Assembly (NCBI GenBank): GCA_020047715.1
Contig: JAIFNN010000069.1
Coordinates: 1 to 48,003, forward strand
DNA from: Bacteroidota bacterium
GTDB taxonomy: Bacteria > Bacteroidota > Bacteroidia > Bacteroidales > GCA-2748055
Reading direction: 5' to 3'
Length of the DNA: 48,003 nt
The translations under genes were made by a program, and so were the position numbers. The notes under the pieces were generated by a model that was given only the letters and a program-made list of their open reading frames with translations, had not been told where the DNA came from and did not search any database. Each line of letters begins with the position of its first letter. The first letter of the stretch is position 1. Positions 28,842 to 39,478 of the stretch are shown piece after piece.

Positions 28842-29663
28842 TTGAAAAACAGCGATCTGAACAACGAATGGCGCAAAGTGGCTTCGGCGATCTACCAGAA
28901 GCCTGTGGACTCCAAAATTTTTGGCTCGGTGGAGATTGATGTAACCGAGCTTGAGGAATTTGTAAGCCAGAAGCGCAGGGATGGGTTGAAGATCACCCTT
29001 ACCCATATATTTGTGCTTATTGTGGCTCGGGCACTCAAGTACGAAGTGCCGGAGCTCAACTGCTTTATCCGACGAGGAAATGTTATTGGCCGCGATTATG
29101 TTGATGCCATGGTAAGCGTTCTAAATGAGGATAAGCAAATGACCTCCGTGAAAATCGCCAATGCGGAAACTCTCACTTTGGCTGAATTGGCCGCTGTGAT
29201 GAACGATGCCATTAAAAACACCCGCAGCGGAAACGAAAGCAAGACTATGCGGATGAAAGGCTTTCTGGCATCAATACCCTGGCCCTTTCGTAACTGGATT
29301 TTTATACTTATCCGAAAAATCACAATAAGTTGGGGGCTGAGCATCCCTGCTCTGGGTTTGTCGGGCGAGAGTTTCGGATCGTTTGTGATTACCAATATCG
29401 GGAGTATTGGTCTCGACATGGGTTATCCCGCTTTGTTCCCCACTTCCAACGTGGCAATTGTTTTTGTGATGGGAGGAGTTTCGAAAAAGCCTGTAGTTGT
29501 AAATGATCAAATAGTAGTAAGACGAATTATGTCGCTCGGAGCAGCCCTCGACCATAGGGTGGTTGATGCGGTGCATGGAGGGAAACTTTTCAAATTCATC
29601 AGGCAAACAGTGAGAAACCCACAATTGCTCGAAGAAAAACCTTTTTTTTCGAACTTGCAATAA
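28842..29663 (+). CDS. Stand-alone 2-oxo-acid dehydrogenase E2-type acyltransferase catalytic domain
   Basis: FGSFVITNIGSIG, KPVVVNDQIVVR, DHRVVDA; no lipoyl domain; TTG start. Confidence 0.85.
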   Translation: MKNSDLNNEWRKVASAIYQKPVDSKIFGSVEIDVTELEEFVSQKRRDGLKITLTHIFVLIVARALKYEVPELNCFIRRGNVIGRDYVDAMVSVLNEDKQMTSVKIANAETLTLAELAAVMNDAIKNTRSGNESKTMRMKGFLASIPWPFRNWIFILIRKITISWGLSIPALGLSGESFGSFVITNIGSIGLDMGYPALFPTSNVAIVFVMGGVSKKPVVVNDQIVVRRIMSLGAALDHRVVDAVHGGKLFKFIRQTVRNPQLLEEKPFFSNLQ

Positions 29664-29733
29664 AAAAACATTAAATCAAACGCTGATTTTTTCATTTTCG
29701 CGGCATTAATAGGTACATGCAACATCTGTTATC

Positions 29734-31272
29734 ATGCTGATCAAAACCTATGCGAGTTCTGTTCATGGAATAAATGCCGATATCATCACAATTGAGGTTA
29801 ATATTTCTGCCGGGATCAAATGCAGTATTGTTGGTTTGGCCGACAATGCAGTTAAGGAGAGCCAGCAGAGAATTGAGTCGGCGCTAAAAAACAACGGATT
29901 CCACTGGCCGGGGAAGAAGATTGTGGTAAACCTTGCCCCGGCTGACATTAAAAAAGAGGGTTCGGCCTACGATCTTCCAATGGCGATTGGAATACTGGCC
30001 GCGTCGGATCAACTAAGCAACAGCATCCTGGAGAAGTTTGTCATTATGGGGGAACTTTCCCTGGATGGCAGTCTTCAGCGCCTGCGCGGTGGACTTCCCA
30101 TGGCAATCAGAGCCAGAGATGAGGGTTTCAGGGGACTGATCCTGCCGGAAGGAAACGCTATGGAAGCTGCAGTTGTGGATGGGCTGGAAGTGATCGGAGC
30201 CCGAACCCTCCTCGACGTTGTTGGGTTTCTAAGGGGAGAGAATAATATTGCCCCATTGGTAATTAATGCCAGGGAGGAGTTCTTTAACAAACTTACCCAT
30301 TTTGACACCGACTTTTCCGAAGTCAAGGGACAGGAGAATGTGAAACGTGCGCTGGAAATTGCTGCTGCCGGGTCGCATAATCTTCTGATGATTGGCCCGC
30401 CCGGAGCAGGCAAGACAATGCTGGCCAAGCGTTTGCCCACGATAATTCCACCGCTGAGCCTCGAAGAAGCGCTCGAAACCACAAAAATCCATTCGGTTGC
30501 GGGAAAGATTGGGCGCAATACTTCTTTGATGACACGTAGGCCATTTCGAAGCCCCCATCACACAATTTCGGACGTGGGCCTTGTCGGTGGGGGTAATTTT
30601 CCTCAGCCCGGGGAGATTTCTTTGGCTCATAACGGCGTTTTGTTCCTGGATGAATTGCCTGAGTTTAAAAGAAACGTACTTGAGGTGATGCGGCAGCCTC
30701 TTGAAGACCGCGTAATTACTGTCTCCCGTGCCCGATTCAGTATCGAGTTCCCAGCCAATTTCACCCTCATTGCAAGTATGAATCCTTGTCCCTGCGGATA
30801 TTACAACCATCCGGAGAAAGAATGCGTCTGCGGTCCGGGGATGGTGAAAAAGTACCTGGCCAAAATCTCCGGTCCGCTGCTCGACCGTATCGATATCCAT
30901 ATCGAAGTTGTTCCTGTTCCCTTTCGTCAGCTCTCCGAACTTCGCGAGGCAGAGAAAAGCGCAATTATCCGTGAGCGGGTTATCGTTGCCCGGAATATTC
31001 AGGAACGAAGGTTTTCGGAATCCGGGGGGATTTATTCAAATGCCCAGATGGGGAGCAGAATGCTTAGAAAGTATTGCCGCATAGACGATGAGGGGCAGGG
31101 TTTATTGAAAAACGCCATGGACAAGCTTGGGCTTTCCGCCCGTGCCTACGACCGTATCCTTAAAGTTTCACGCACCATCGCCGACCTTGAACAGTCCGAA
31201 AACATCCAAAGTCACCACCTGGCTGAAGCTATTAACTACCGCAACCTCGATCGGGAAGGCTGGGCAGGATAG
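29734..31272 (+). CDS. comM: YifB/ComM Mg-chelatase-like AAA+ ATPase
   Basis: NLAPADIKKEG, GPPGAGKTMLA, RPFRSPHHT, GVLFLDELPEF, MNPCPCG, SGPLLDRIDI. Confidence 0.93.
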   Translation: MLIKTYASSVHGINADIITIEVNISAGIKCSIVGLADNAVKESQQRIESALKNNGFHWPGKKIVVNLAPADIKKEGSAYDLPMAIGILAASDQLSNSILEKFVIMGELSLDGSLQRLRGGLPMAIRARDEGFRGLILPEGNAMEAAVVDGLEVIGARTLLDVVGFLRGENNIAPLVINAREEFFNKLTHFDTDFSEVKGQENVKRALEIAAAGSHNLLMIGPPGAGKTMLAKRLPTIIPPLSLEEALETTKIHSVAGKIGRNTSLMTRRPFRSPHHTISDVGLVGGGNFPQPGEISLAHNGVLFLDELPEFKRNVLEVMRQPLEDRVITVSRARFSIEFPANFTLIASMNPCPCGYYNHPEKECVCGPGMVKKYLAKISGPLLDRIDIHIEVVPVPFRQLSELREAEKSAIIRERVIVARNIQERRFSESGGIYSNAQMGSRMLRKYCRIDDEGQGLLKNAMDKLGLSARAYDRILKVSRTIADLEQSENIQSHHLAEAINYRNLDREGWAG

Positions 31273-31498
31273 AATTATTGAGCTGGTTTATTCCGCAATT
31301 TCCGGAATTGCCTCTGTCTGTATATTTCATTTGTAATTCCAAAGCTTCTGTATCGGTTTTTTTGCTCTTGGTGGATAATTATTCAAGCTTCATGCTCGGT
31401 AGTTTGTAGATTAATAAAAATAAATAAGAATAAAAGATGCGATAGTATAATAATAATTAAATTGCGCTAATTATTTGTGATACCAATACAACAGTTAT

Positions 31499-34400
31499 AT
31501 GAAAACTATTATCCGCAGCAGAAAGAAGATTTGTGCTTTTCTTTTCCTTTTTGTTTTTTCTATAATGCTTCCGGCCAGCGTTTTTTCGCAATTGTCGGGC
31601 ATAAAAACCATTAATCCATCGGGGGGCGATTTCGTTAGTTTTACTGCTGCTGTAAATGCGCTGGCTTCTCAGGGTGTTAGTGGTCCTGTGGTTTTCAACG
31701 TTGCTGCTGGAACCTATACCGAACAGGTTATCATCCCTGAAATTGTCGGAGTCAGTGCAGTGAATACCGTTACTTTCCAGTCATCTACCACAGATTCCTC
31801 TCTAGTTGTTCTTTCCTTCAGTGCTGCACTGGCGGCATCCAATTACACTCTCCTCCTTAACGGTAGCGATTTTATAGTTTTGCGTAAGATCACCATACAA
31901 GCTCTGGGCAGCACTTATGGGAGGGCTATTGAAATTGCCGGAACTGCTTCCAGCGTGATTATTGAGAACTGCCGTCTTATCGGTTTCAATTCAACCGGGG
32001 GATATTCAGAGCATTCCTTAATCTACAGTTACCGTGTACCATTAGCTAAGCTCACTGTAAGAAACAATCTTTTCTCGGGTAGTAATTATGGTATTTACCT
32101 CGAGGGAGTCAATTCAACCACTCTCACACCTGAAACACGAATTTCGGGTAACAACTTTTCCAGTCAGCGCTTATACGGAATGCACCTCGAGAGTCAAAAT
32201 GCCCCGGTTGTAAGCTCAAATACCATACAGTTGAAATCCGATGCGGGCTATGGCATATATATGCAATATTGTGATAACGCCCTGCTTGTCGAAAAAAACA
32301 ACATTATCCTCCCCGGTGGGCATTATGGCATCTACCTGTATTTATGCGACGGGAATTCATTGGCTCGTGGACTTGTGGTGAACAACACAGTTGCCATCAC
32401 TGGCGGCAGCAACGCATCGGGTATTCATTACAATGGCTCAAGCTATCAGAATATCTGGCATAATTCGGTGCAACTAACTGGTGTAACCACCAGTGATTTT
32501 GGTGCATTTTATCTTACCGGTGGATCCAACACCGATATCCGGAATAATATTTTTTCCAATGCGGGCGAAAATTATGCCTACAACATTAAAACTCCTTCTG
32601 CCATTGAGTTTTCCGACTATAACAATTATTATTCCAACGGGAATTTTTTAGCCTTCTGGGGCAATAAAAGGGAGGATCTAGCCCAGCTGAAAGCTGCTCA
32701 GTCGCCTCTTTACGATGCGAATTCCATTTCCTTTAACCCGGTATTTGTTTCTGCAACTGATCTTCACGGGGGATCGTTCAGGATCGACAACAAGGGTACC
32801 AACCTGGGAATTACCAAGGATATGGATGGGCAGACCCGAACAGCTTTTGATATTGGGGCCGATGAATTTGCCGGAACCGGCTCTGCTCTTGCTGCCGGAA
32901 CCTATAGTATTGGTGGAGTATCGCCCTCTTTCGCCAGTTTCGTGCAAGCCGCAGCTGTTTTAAATACCTATGGCATATCCGGGAACGTCACGTTCAATGT
33001 GCGCAATGGTACTTATGACGAGCAGTTTACTTTAAGTCCGATTGCTGGCACAGGCCCTTCTGCCCAGGTTATTTTTCAAGCAGAAAGCGGCGATTCTACA
33101 AAGGTTGAGCTTTCCTTTAATTCAGGAAATCTAAACAACTATCTTGTGCGCTTTAGCGGGGCCGATTATGTGACCTTCAGAAAACTTAGTCTTACAGCCC
33201 TTAATCCGACCTATTCGAGAATATTCCTGTTTGATGGTAGCTCCCATAACAATACAATCACTTCTTCGATCCTGAACGGTCAGCCTTCCGGTTCAACTTA
33301 CGATGCCCTGATTTACTCCTATGAAAGCAATGCAAACAACCTTACTATTACCTGGAATCTTTTTTCCGCCGGACGTTATGGGGTTTACCACAATCCAAAC
33401 TCCCTTTCCAAAGCAACAGGTCTGATAGTTCGAAAAAACAATTTTTCCTCTCAGAGGGGCAGTTACCCGAATAGCATTTACCTTCGATATCATATAGCCC
33501 CAGACATACAGTCCAACACATTTACAAACACTCTTGCTACAAATTATTACGCTATTAACCTTCAGGATTGCAACGATGATATCAAGGTTATATCCAACAG
33601 GGTTAACTCGAATAACTCAGAGGGCGGAATTTTGCTCAATGCCTGTAAATCAATAAGCACAAAACGAGGCTTGGTGGCAAACAATTTCGTTGCCATTAGC
33701 GGATCTTCAAATGCTTGGGGCATTTATCTGTATAATTCCGAGTATCAGAATATCTATTATAACTCGGTTCGTATAAGCAGTTCACATCTTTCCAATGGAA
33801 GGGCTTTTTACAATGCAGCCAACTCGAATAACATCAACCTGCGTAACAATAATTTTACAAATTTCGGAGATGGTTATGCCTTTTACAGCGAGGGCACAAC
33901 GGTGAATTTTGCATCCAACTATAATAATCTTTACTCAACGGGCATATACCCTGTTTTTTGGAACGGTACATCTCACAGTTCGTTGTCTTCCTACCAGACA
34001 GCTGCCACACTCGATGCTAATTCCTTTTCGGTTAATCCGGTTTATCTTTCCGAGACCGATCTTCATGCGCAAAGTTCGTTTGTGAATAATGCAGGAACTC
34101 CTCTTGTTGAGGTTCTTTCCGATATCGACGGACAAAACCGAAATGCAGCAACACCCGACATCGGTGCCGATGAGTTCATTCCTACCTTGTTGCCTCTGTC
34201 TGCAGGTACATATACCATTGGTGGTGTATCACCCAGCTATCCGAACTTTACTGCAGCAGTCAGCGACCTTAACAACCGTGGGGTATCCGGCCCTGTGGTT
34301 TTCAATGTGCGCAACGGGATCTATAATGAACAAATCTCCTTGTATGAAATTAACGGTGCCTCATTGGTTAACAACATCCTTTTCCAGTCAGAGTCGGGCG

Positions 34401-37400
34401 ATTCCAGCAAAGTAGAACTTACTTTCTCGGCAAACATTAACAATTCGCATATTGTGCAACTCTCAGGCACTGATTACATAAGTTTCCGCAAACTAACATT
34501 TACAACTTTGAACCCCACTTATTCCAAGATTTTTAATTTGAGGGGAGGCATCCGAAAACTAAGCATTCAGAACAGTGTGCTCAATAGTAACGGCTCCACC
34601 GGAGCTGAATATTACACTTCGGCTATCTATTCTGAAAATGCTACCTTCACTGATCTTCTTATCGAAAACTCCATTCTAAATGGAGGTAGATCGGGGATAT
34701 GGATGGAAAGTCCACTGGCTGCTCAGAGTGTCGGAACCCGGATTCTCAGCAACCGCTTTACCGGACAAAATTACGACGGTCTTTACCTGAAGTACCACGA
34801 GGCAGCGAAAATTGAGAGAAACAACATTGTCAATACAACCGCTTATGTCTATTTCAATGGAATTTACCTTTCCTATTGCAACAACGATATCCTGATAAAC
34901 CGAAATTCAGTCACAGCACCTTCAGGACGTTATGGGATTTTTCTGCAATATTGTTCGGGAAACATCTCCAAAACCGGTTTGATTTCGAACAACATAGTAG
35001 AGACAGGAGGCACTGGAGGTTCAATAGCTATAATTCTTGAGAACAGCAATTATCAAAGGGTATATTTCAATTCTTCGAATGTAACAAGCACCGATGTTAA
35101 CGGCGGTTCAGGATTCACTGTAACCGCAGGTTCAAATATCGATATTCGCAATAACAGTTTTGCGAACTTTGGAGGAGGCTGGGCATACACAACGAATTCT
35201 GTTACTGCAATCACCGGTTCCGATTATAATAATCTTTTCACCACCGGCAACTTTTTAGCCAACTATAACGCCCCAAGTCGTGATCTTGCTAGTTTCAAAG
35301 CTCTAAGCGGAAAAGAGGCCAATTCAATCTCAGTAAACCCGGTATACACAGCCCTTATCCGAACCACAAGTTCGTACCTTAACAATAAGGGCTCTGCTGT
35401 TGGGGTGGTTACAACTGATATTGATGGCGAGTCCCGAAGTGTTGCTACACCCGACATCGGTGCGGATGAGTTTGTGCCCAGTCAGTTACCTTTTGCCGGA
35501 ACTTTTACAATTGGTGGTACTTCACCCGACTTTGTCTCTTTCAGCGCTGCAGCAACAGCTCTTAACGAAAGGGGAATTTCCGGGCCGGTAACCTTCAATG
35601 TAAGGAACGGAGTTTACACCGATCAACTGGATCTCATGGAAATAAGTGGAGCAAGCGCCATAAACAAGATTGTTTTCCAATCTGAGTCGGACGATTCCAC
35701 TAAAGTTACCCTGAACTTCAATTCCGGGTCAGCATCTACCAATTTTGTTGTCAGGTTGATTGGAACCGACTTTCTGACTCTCCGAAAACTCACCATCGCA
35801 GGAACCAATCCCGTTTATAGTAATCTTATAACATTAGTCGGGAATGTAAGTCAGGTAAATATCCTGAACAATGTTCTAAGCTCAAATATAAATGCATCTT
35901 CCACTGCTATTTCCTCCCCCGATGGGAATGTCCTTAATGCCATCGCTATAAAGAATAACAATTTCCTTAGTGGGAGCGTAGGTATTTTTCTCGACGGAAA
36001 CAATTCTACGCAATCTCCGGGTTTGGAAATAAGTGGGAATAAATTCAATAATCAGAGGAGTTATGGTATACGTCTCGATGCTTTCGAAAGTCCACAAGTG
36101 AAGGCAAACGACTTGTACAGTAACATCTACGGTTACGAAGGGATTTACCTCTATAATTGCAATACCAAACCCGATGTTTCCGGAAATCGAATTTTCACAG
36201 AAAACCTTTCGACGGGAATAACCCTTTACTATTGCTACGGTACCCTTGTTAATCAGGGGATTGTTTCCAATAATTTTGTATCGATCGCAGGCAGCTCTTC
36301 CGCAACTGGTATTCAGATTAACACAAGCCAATACCTTAACGTAGTTTATAATTCAGTTAGCATTACATCCACATACAATGCACCAGCTTATAAATCTGCT
36401 TTTTACCTTTCAGGTGGTGACAATGTTTTTGTCAGGAACAACATTTTCTCCTGCTCAAACGGAGGCTATGCCTATAATGTAAACACTCCTGCTGCAATTG
36501 ACGGCTCAGATTTCAACAACTTGTATTCAACTTCAGACCTGGCAGTTTGGGGAGGTGTGAGATCCAACCTTGCCGCTCTTCGAACAGCTAACGCTATGGA
36601 TGCCAAATCACTTTCTGTAAACCCCGAATTTGCTTCTGTAAGCGATTTGCAAGTGAAGCAAGCTCTCTTGCACAAAGCGGCAACTCCTTTGGCTATTGTG
36701 ACAACGGATATCTTCGGAAACCTGCGTGATGCAATCAAGCCTGATATTGGGGCAACCGAGTTTTCCTGTGTTACGCCGGTGATAGACTTCTTTGCATCCT
36801 CGTCGTGTTTTGGCGACAGCACTGAATTTTCCTACAATATTACCAAGGTTGCTTATGGTTCAAATTTCAGCTTTGACTTCGACAACGACTTTAATCCGGA
36901 CGAAACTTTTAGTTCTCCCAATGGGATTATTAAGCATCTTTTTGCCACGTCCAGCCCAAAAACGGTAAACCTACTAGTTTCTCAGCTTGCCGGTTGTAAC
37001 AACTCTATTGCCAAAACTATTTCTGTGGAGCCCTCGCCGGTTTTGGATGTGATTACAGAAGGTGCATATTGTGGCAACGATAACGGTTCAGCGTCAGTTA
37101 ATGTGTCAGGCAGCAGTGGACCTTTCAGCTACCACTGGTCAAACGGAAGCGATGACACCAATGTTATTGGCCTTGCCAAAGGAAGCTATTCTGTTACCGT
37201 AAAAAATAGTGATAATTGCATCAGCACAACAACTTTTGAGATAGGTGACAAGATCATTGTTTCAGCCAGCGAACTGAGTCCATCAACCTGCGGTCAGTCT
37301 GATGGTAGTGCAGTAGCAACCGCAACAGGTGGATCTGGTCCGTATAGTTATGTGTGGTCAAATGGGGAAAGTCTTGCAACTGCAGTGAATTTGCCATCAG

Positions 37401-39013
37401 GTGCTAATTATATAACGGTTACAGATGGAACAGGATGTTCCACTGTAGGGTCGGTTAACATCAGCACTGATGCTTCAGGACCCAAGATTGCTCTCAAAAC
37501 GGTTACCCACAATATCTGCTACGGTGAAAAGATGGGGGTTTTGGATATTACTCTAACCGGAGGAACAACACCCTACAGTATTCAGTGGTCGAACGGGGAG
37601 ATTACAGAAGACTTGTCAAATCTAGGATCGGGTATATATGATATTTTGGTAACGGACAATACAGGATGTTTGGCAACGGCAACTTTTGGGATTGAACAGC
37701 CAGTTTTCCTCAATGTCTCGACTGTCGTAGAGGATGCCAGTTGCAGTGGTTCTGATGGAAAAGCAGTTGCCTTGGCTGGTGGTGGCGCAAAGCCTTACTT
37801 TTATCAGTGGTCGAATGGTAACACGGGACCTGTTGCTCAGAATCTCTCTGCAGGGATTTATACCCTCACCCTTACCGACAATAAAAACTGCTCTATTGTA
37901 ACCCCGGTAATTGTAAATAACTCAGGAGGCCCCAAAGTTTCCTTGAATAGTCTAACAGGAGTTAATTGCAACAATGAATCTACCGGTTCAATTGACATTC
38001 AGATCAGCGGTGGCACTCCCCTGTATTCCTATTCATGGTTACCCGGAGGTCAAACCTCGCAGGACATCACCGGACTTAATGAAGGCAGTTATGAAGTAAG
38101 TGTTACAGATAATGCCGGATGCATAGGGGTAAGCAGCTTTGTGATTGGAGAAGAATCCCCGGCAACCAACCCGATTTGTCTTGTAACTGTCGACAGTATT
38201 TCAGGGAAGAACCTTGTTGTTTGGGAAAAACTGAATCAGGCAGATGCGGCCTTCTACAACATCTACCGGGAAAGCTCCTCCAAAGGTTTATTTCAGCTGA
38301 TTGCCACCCGGCCAGCTGAAGAAATTTCAGAGTTTACTGATGAGATTGCAGATCCATCGCTCAGATCGTGGCGATATAAAATATCCGTGGTGGACGATTG
38401 TGGTAATGAATCCGATTTGAGCGAGTCGCATAAAACGATTCACCTTACACAGAATATAGGGCTTAATGGCAGGGTAAATTTGATCTGGGATAAGTACGAG
38501 GGATTTACAGCCAACAGTTACAAAATTCTGCGCTACTCAAAAGAGGAGGGTTGGATAACTCTTGGCAGAATTCCTGGCGACCTGTCCTCATTTACCGATG
38601 ACAAGGCTTTGCTGGAAGAAGAGTTATTCTATGAAATCGAAGTTGAAAATCCCAGCGGAGGCTGCTCCACCCTAAAAGCCAGCACCCACAACACTTCGAG
38701 ATCGAACCGTCAGAGCACCACAGTAAAGAATACTACGGGCATTTCGGTAAATGAGAGTCTGAAATCCCTTACGATTTATCCCAATCCGGCAAAAACGGAG
38801 GTCACCCTCGAGCTGAATCAGAAAAACCTGCAAAAGCTTGCAGTGGAACTAATTGATGCAAAAGGGCAAGTCTTGAGGAACTACCAGTACCCGGCCAGCT
38901 CCGACGAGTTCCGCACCACCATTGATATAAGTGGTATCAGCGAGGGTGTATATGTTTTGAGGATAAGCAGCGACACTAATATCAGCTTCAGGAAACTAAT
39001 TATACAGCCATAA
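31499..39013 (+). CDS. Large T9SS-secreted protein: 4 beta-helix modules, PKD-like domain, 5 SprB repeats, FN3-like domains, type-A CTD
   Basis: Signal peptide; four ~430-aa modules ending (P/F)DIGA(D/T)EF; GG..PY.Y.WSNG repeats; IYPNPA...GVYVLRI...RKLII. Confidence 0.88.
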   Translation: MKTIIRSRKKICAFLFLFVFSIMLPASVFSQLSGIKTINPSGGDFVSFTAAVNALASQGVSGPVVFNVAAGTYTEQVIIPEIVGVSAVNTVTFQSSTTDSSLVVLSFSAALAASNYTLLLNGSDFIVLRKITIQALGSTYGRAIEIAGTASSVIIENCRLIGFNSTGGYSEHSLIYSYRVPLAKLTVRNNLFSGSNYGIYLEGVNSTTLTPETRISGNNFSSQRLYGMHLESQNAPVVSSNTIQLKSDAGYGIYMQYCDNALLVEKNNIILPGGHYGIYLYLCDGNSLARGLVVNNTVAITGGSNASGIHYNGSSYQNIWHNSVQLTGVTTSDFGAFYLTGGSNTDIRNNIFSNAGENYAYNIKTPSAIEFSDYNNYYSNGNFLAFWGNKREDLAQLKAAQSPLYDANSISFNPVFVSATDLHGGSFRIDNKGTNLGITKDMDGQTRTAFDIGADEFAGTGSALAAGTYSIGGVSPSFASFVQAAAVLNTYGISGNVTFNVRNGTYDEQFTLSPIAGTGPSAQVIFQAESGDSTKVELSFNSGNLNNYLVRFSGADYVTFRKLSLTALNPTYSRIFLFDGSSHNNTITSSILNGQPSGSTYDALIYSYESNANNLTITWNLFSAGRYGVYHNPNSLSKATGLIVRKNNFSSQRGSYPNSIYLRYHIAPDIQSNTFTNTLATNYYAINLQDCNDDIKVISNRVNSNNSEGGILLNACKSISTKRGLVANNFVAISGSSNAWGIYLYNSEYQNIYYNSVRISSSHLSNGRAFYNAANSNNINLRNNNFTNFGDGYAFYSEGTTVNFASNYNNLYSTGIYPVFWNGTSHSSLSSYQTAATLDANSFSVNPVYLSETDLHAQSSFVNNAGTPLVEVLSDIDGQNRNAATPDIGADEFIPTLLPLSAGTYTIGGVSPSYPNFTAAVSDLNNRGVSGPVVFNVRNGIYNEQISLYEINGASLVNNILFQSESGDSSKVELTFSANINNSHIVQLSGTDYISFRKLTFTTLNPTYSKIFNLRGGIRKLSIQNSVLNSNGSTGAEYYTSAIYSENATFTDLLIENSILNGGRSGIWMESPLAAQSVGTRILSNRFTGQNYDGLYLKYHEAAKIERNNIVNTTAYVYFNGIYLSYCNNDILINRNSVTAPSGRYGIFLQYCSGNISKTGLISNNIVETGGTGGSIAIILENSNYQRVYFNSSNVTSTDVNGGSGFTVTAGSNIDIRNNSFANFGGGWAYTTNSVTAITGSDYNNLFTTGNFLANYNAPSRDLASFKALSGKEANSISVNPVYTALIRTTSSYLNNKGSAVGVVTTDIDGESRSVATPDIGADEFVPSQLPFAGTFTIGGTSPDFVSFSAAATALNERGISGPVTFNVRNGVYTDQLDLMEISGASAINKIVFQSESDDSTKVTLNFNSGSASTNFVVRLIGTDFLTLRKLTIAGTNPVYSNLITLVGNVSQVNILNNVLSSNINASSTAISSPDGNVLNAIAIKNNNFLSGSVGIFLDGNNSTQSPGLEISGNKFNNQRSYGIRLDAFESPQVKANDLYSNIYGYEGIYLYNCNTKPDVSGNRIFTENLSTGITLYYCYGTLVNQGIVSNNFVSIAGSSSATGIQINTSQYLNVVYNSVSITSTYNAPAYKSAFYLSGGDNVFVRNNIFSCSNGGYAYNVNTPAAIDGSDFNNLYSTSDLAVWGGVRSNLAALRTANAMDAKSLSVNPEFASVSDLQVKQALLHKAATPLAIVTTDIFGNLRDAIKPDIGATEFSCVTPVIDFFASSSCFGDSTEFSYNITKVAYGSNFSFDFDNDFNPDETFSSPNGIIKHLFATSSPKTVNLLVSQLAGCNNSIAKTISVEPSPVLDVITEGAYCGNDNGSASVNVSGSSGPFSYHWSNGSDDTNVIGLAKGSYSVTVKNSDNCISTTTFEIGDKIIVSASELSPSTCGQSDGSAVATATGGSGPYSYVWSNGESLATAVNLPSGANYITVTDGTGCSTVGSVNISTDASGPKIALKTVTHNICYGEKMGVLDITLTGGTTPYSIQWSNGEITEDLSNLGSGIYDILVTDNTGCLATATFGIEQPVFLNVSTVVEDASCSGSDGKAVALAGGGAKPYFYQWSNGNTGPVAQNLSAGIYTLTLTDNKNCSIVTPVIVNNSGGPKVSLNSLTGVNCNNESTGSIDIQISGGTPLYSYSWLPGGQTSQDITGLNEGSYEVSVTDNAGCIGVSSFVIGEESPATNPICLVTVDSISGKNLVVWEKLNQADAAFYNIYRESSSKGLFQLIATRPAEEISEFTDEIADPSLRSWRYKISVVDDCGNESDLSESHKTIHLTQNIGLNGRVNLIWDKYEGFTANSYKILRYSKEEGWITLGRIPGDLSSFTDDKALLEEELFYEIEVENPSGGCSTLKASTHNTSRSNRQSTTVKNTTGISVNESLKSLTIYPNPAKTEVTLELNQKNLQKLAVELIDAKGQVLRNYQYPASSDEFRTTIDISGISEGVYVLRISSDTNISFRKLIIQP

Positions 39014-39381
39014 CCTCATGTAGATATATTGATTGGGTTGGTGTTTATGCAAAGGGTAATTTGTTGGATTTGCATGTCTGGATATACCTGGCATCATTAA
39101 CCACAATGATGGTTCTGAAAGTTACTTGATTCGGGTTCAGTCCATTCGGGGTTAAGGTTTCTGTGCTCAATTCATTCCTAATTCTCTGATGCCCATTGCA
39201 GGCGTTTTAGGAGGAGGTATGGTGTTATTTTAATTGGCAGCGAAGGGCTTTTATTTTAAAACATTTTAAGGGAACCAGGCATTGCTGACCTTCCGGATAG
39301 GATGGTTCACGATGCATCCAAAATAATATCCAGTGGTTGTTTTTCAATCAGATTTCATCATTGCATTTTAACGATTGTGTG

Positions 39382-39442
39382 AATGATATAAGTTAATCTC
39401 CAAATTTTGTAATGCTTTCCCTTTATAACGGGCGCAACTTTG
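39382..39442 (+). promoter_or_regulatory. Island promoter 1 (21-bp-period direct repeat + CAnCTTTG)
   Basis: AATGATATAA-N11-AATTTTGTAA-N22-CAACTTTG upstream of ATG 39479. Confidence 0.75.
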
Positions 39443-39478
39443 CCGGGTGAAAATGCTTTCACATTTAAATCCATAAAA

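Noticed and set aside
39014-39380. Intergenic stretch as an ncRNA or island attachment site
   Set aside because: No convincing structure, tRNA, direct repeat or integrase seen
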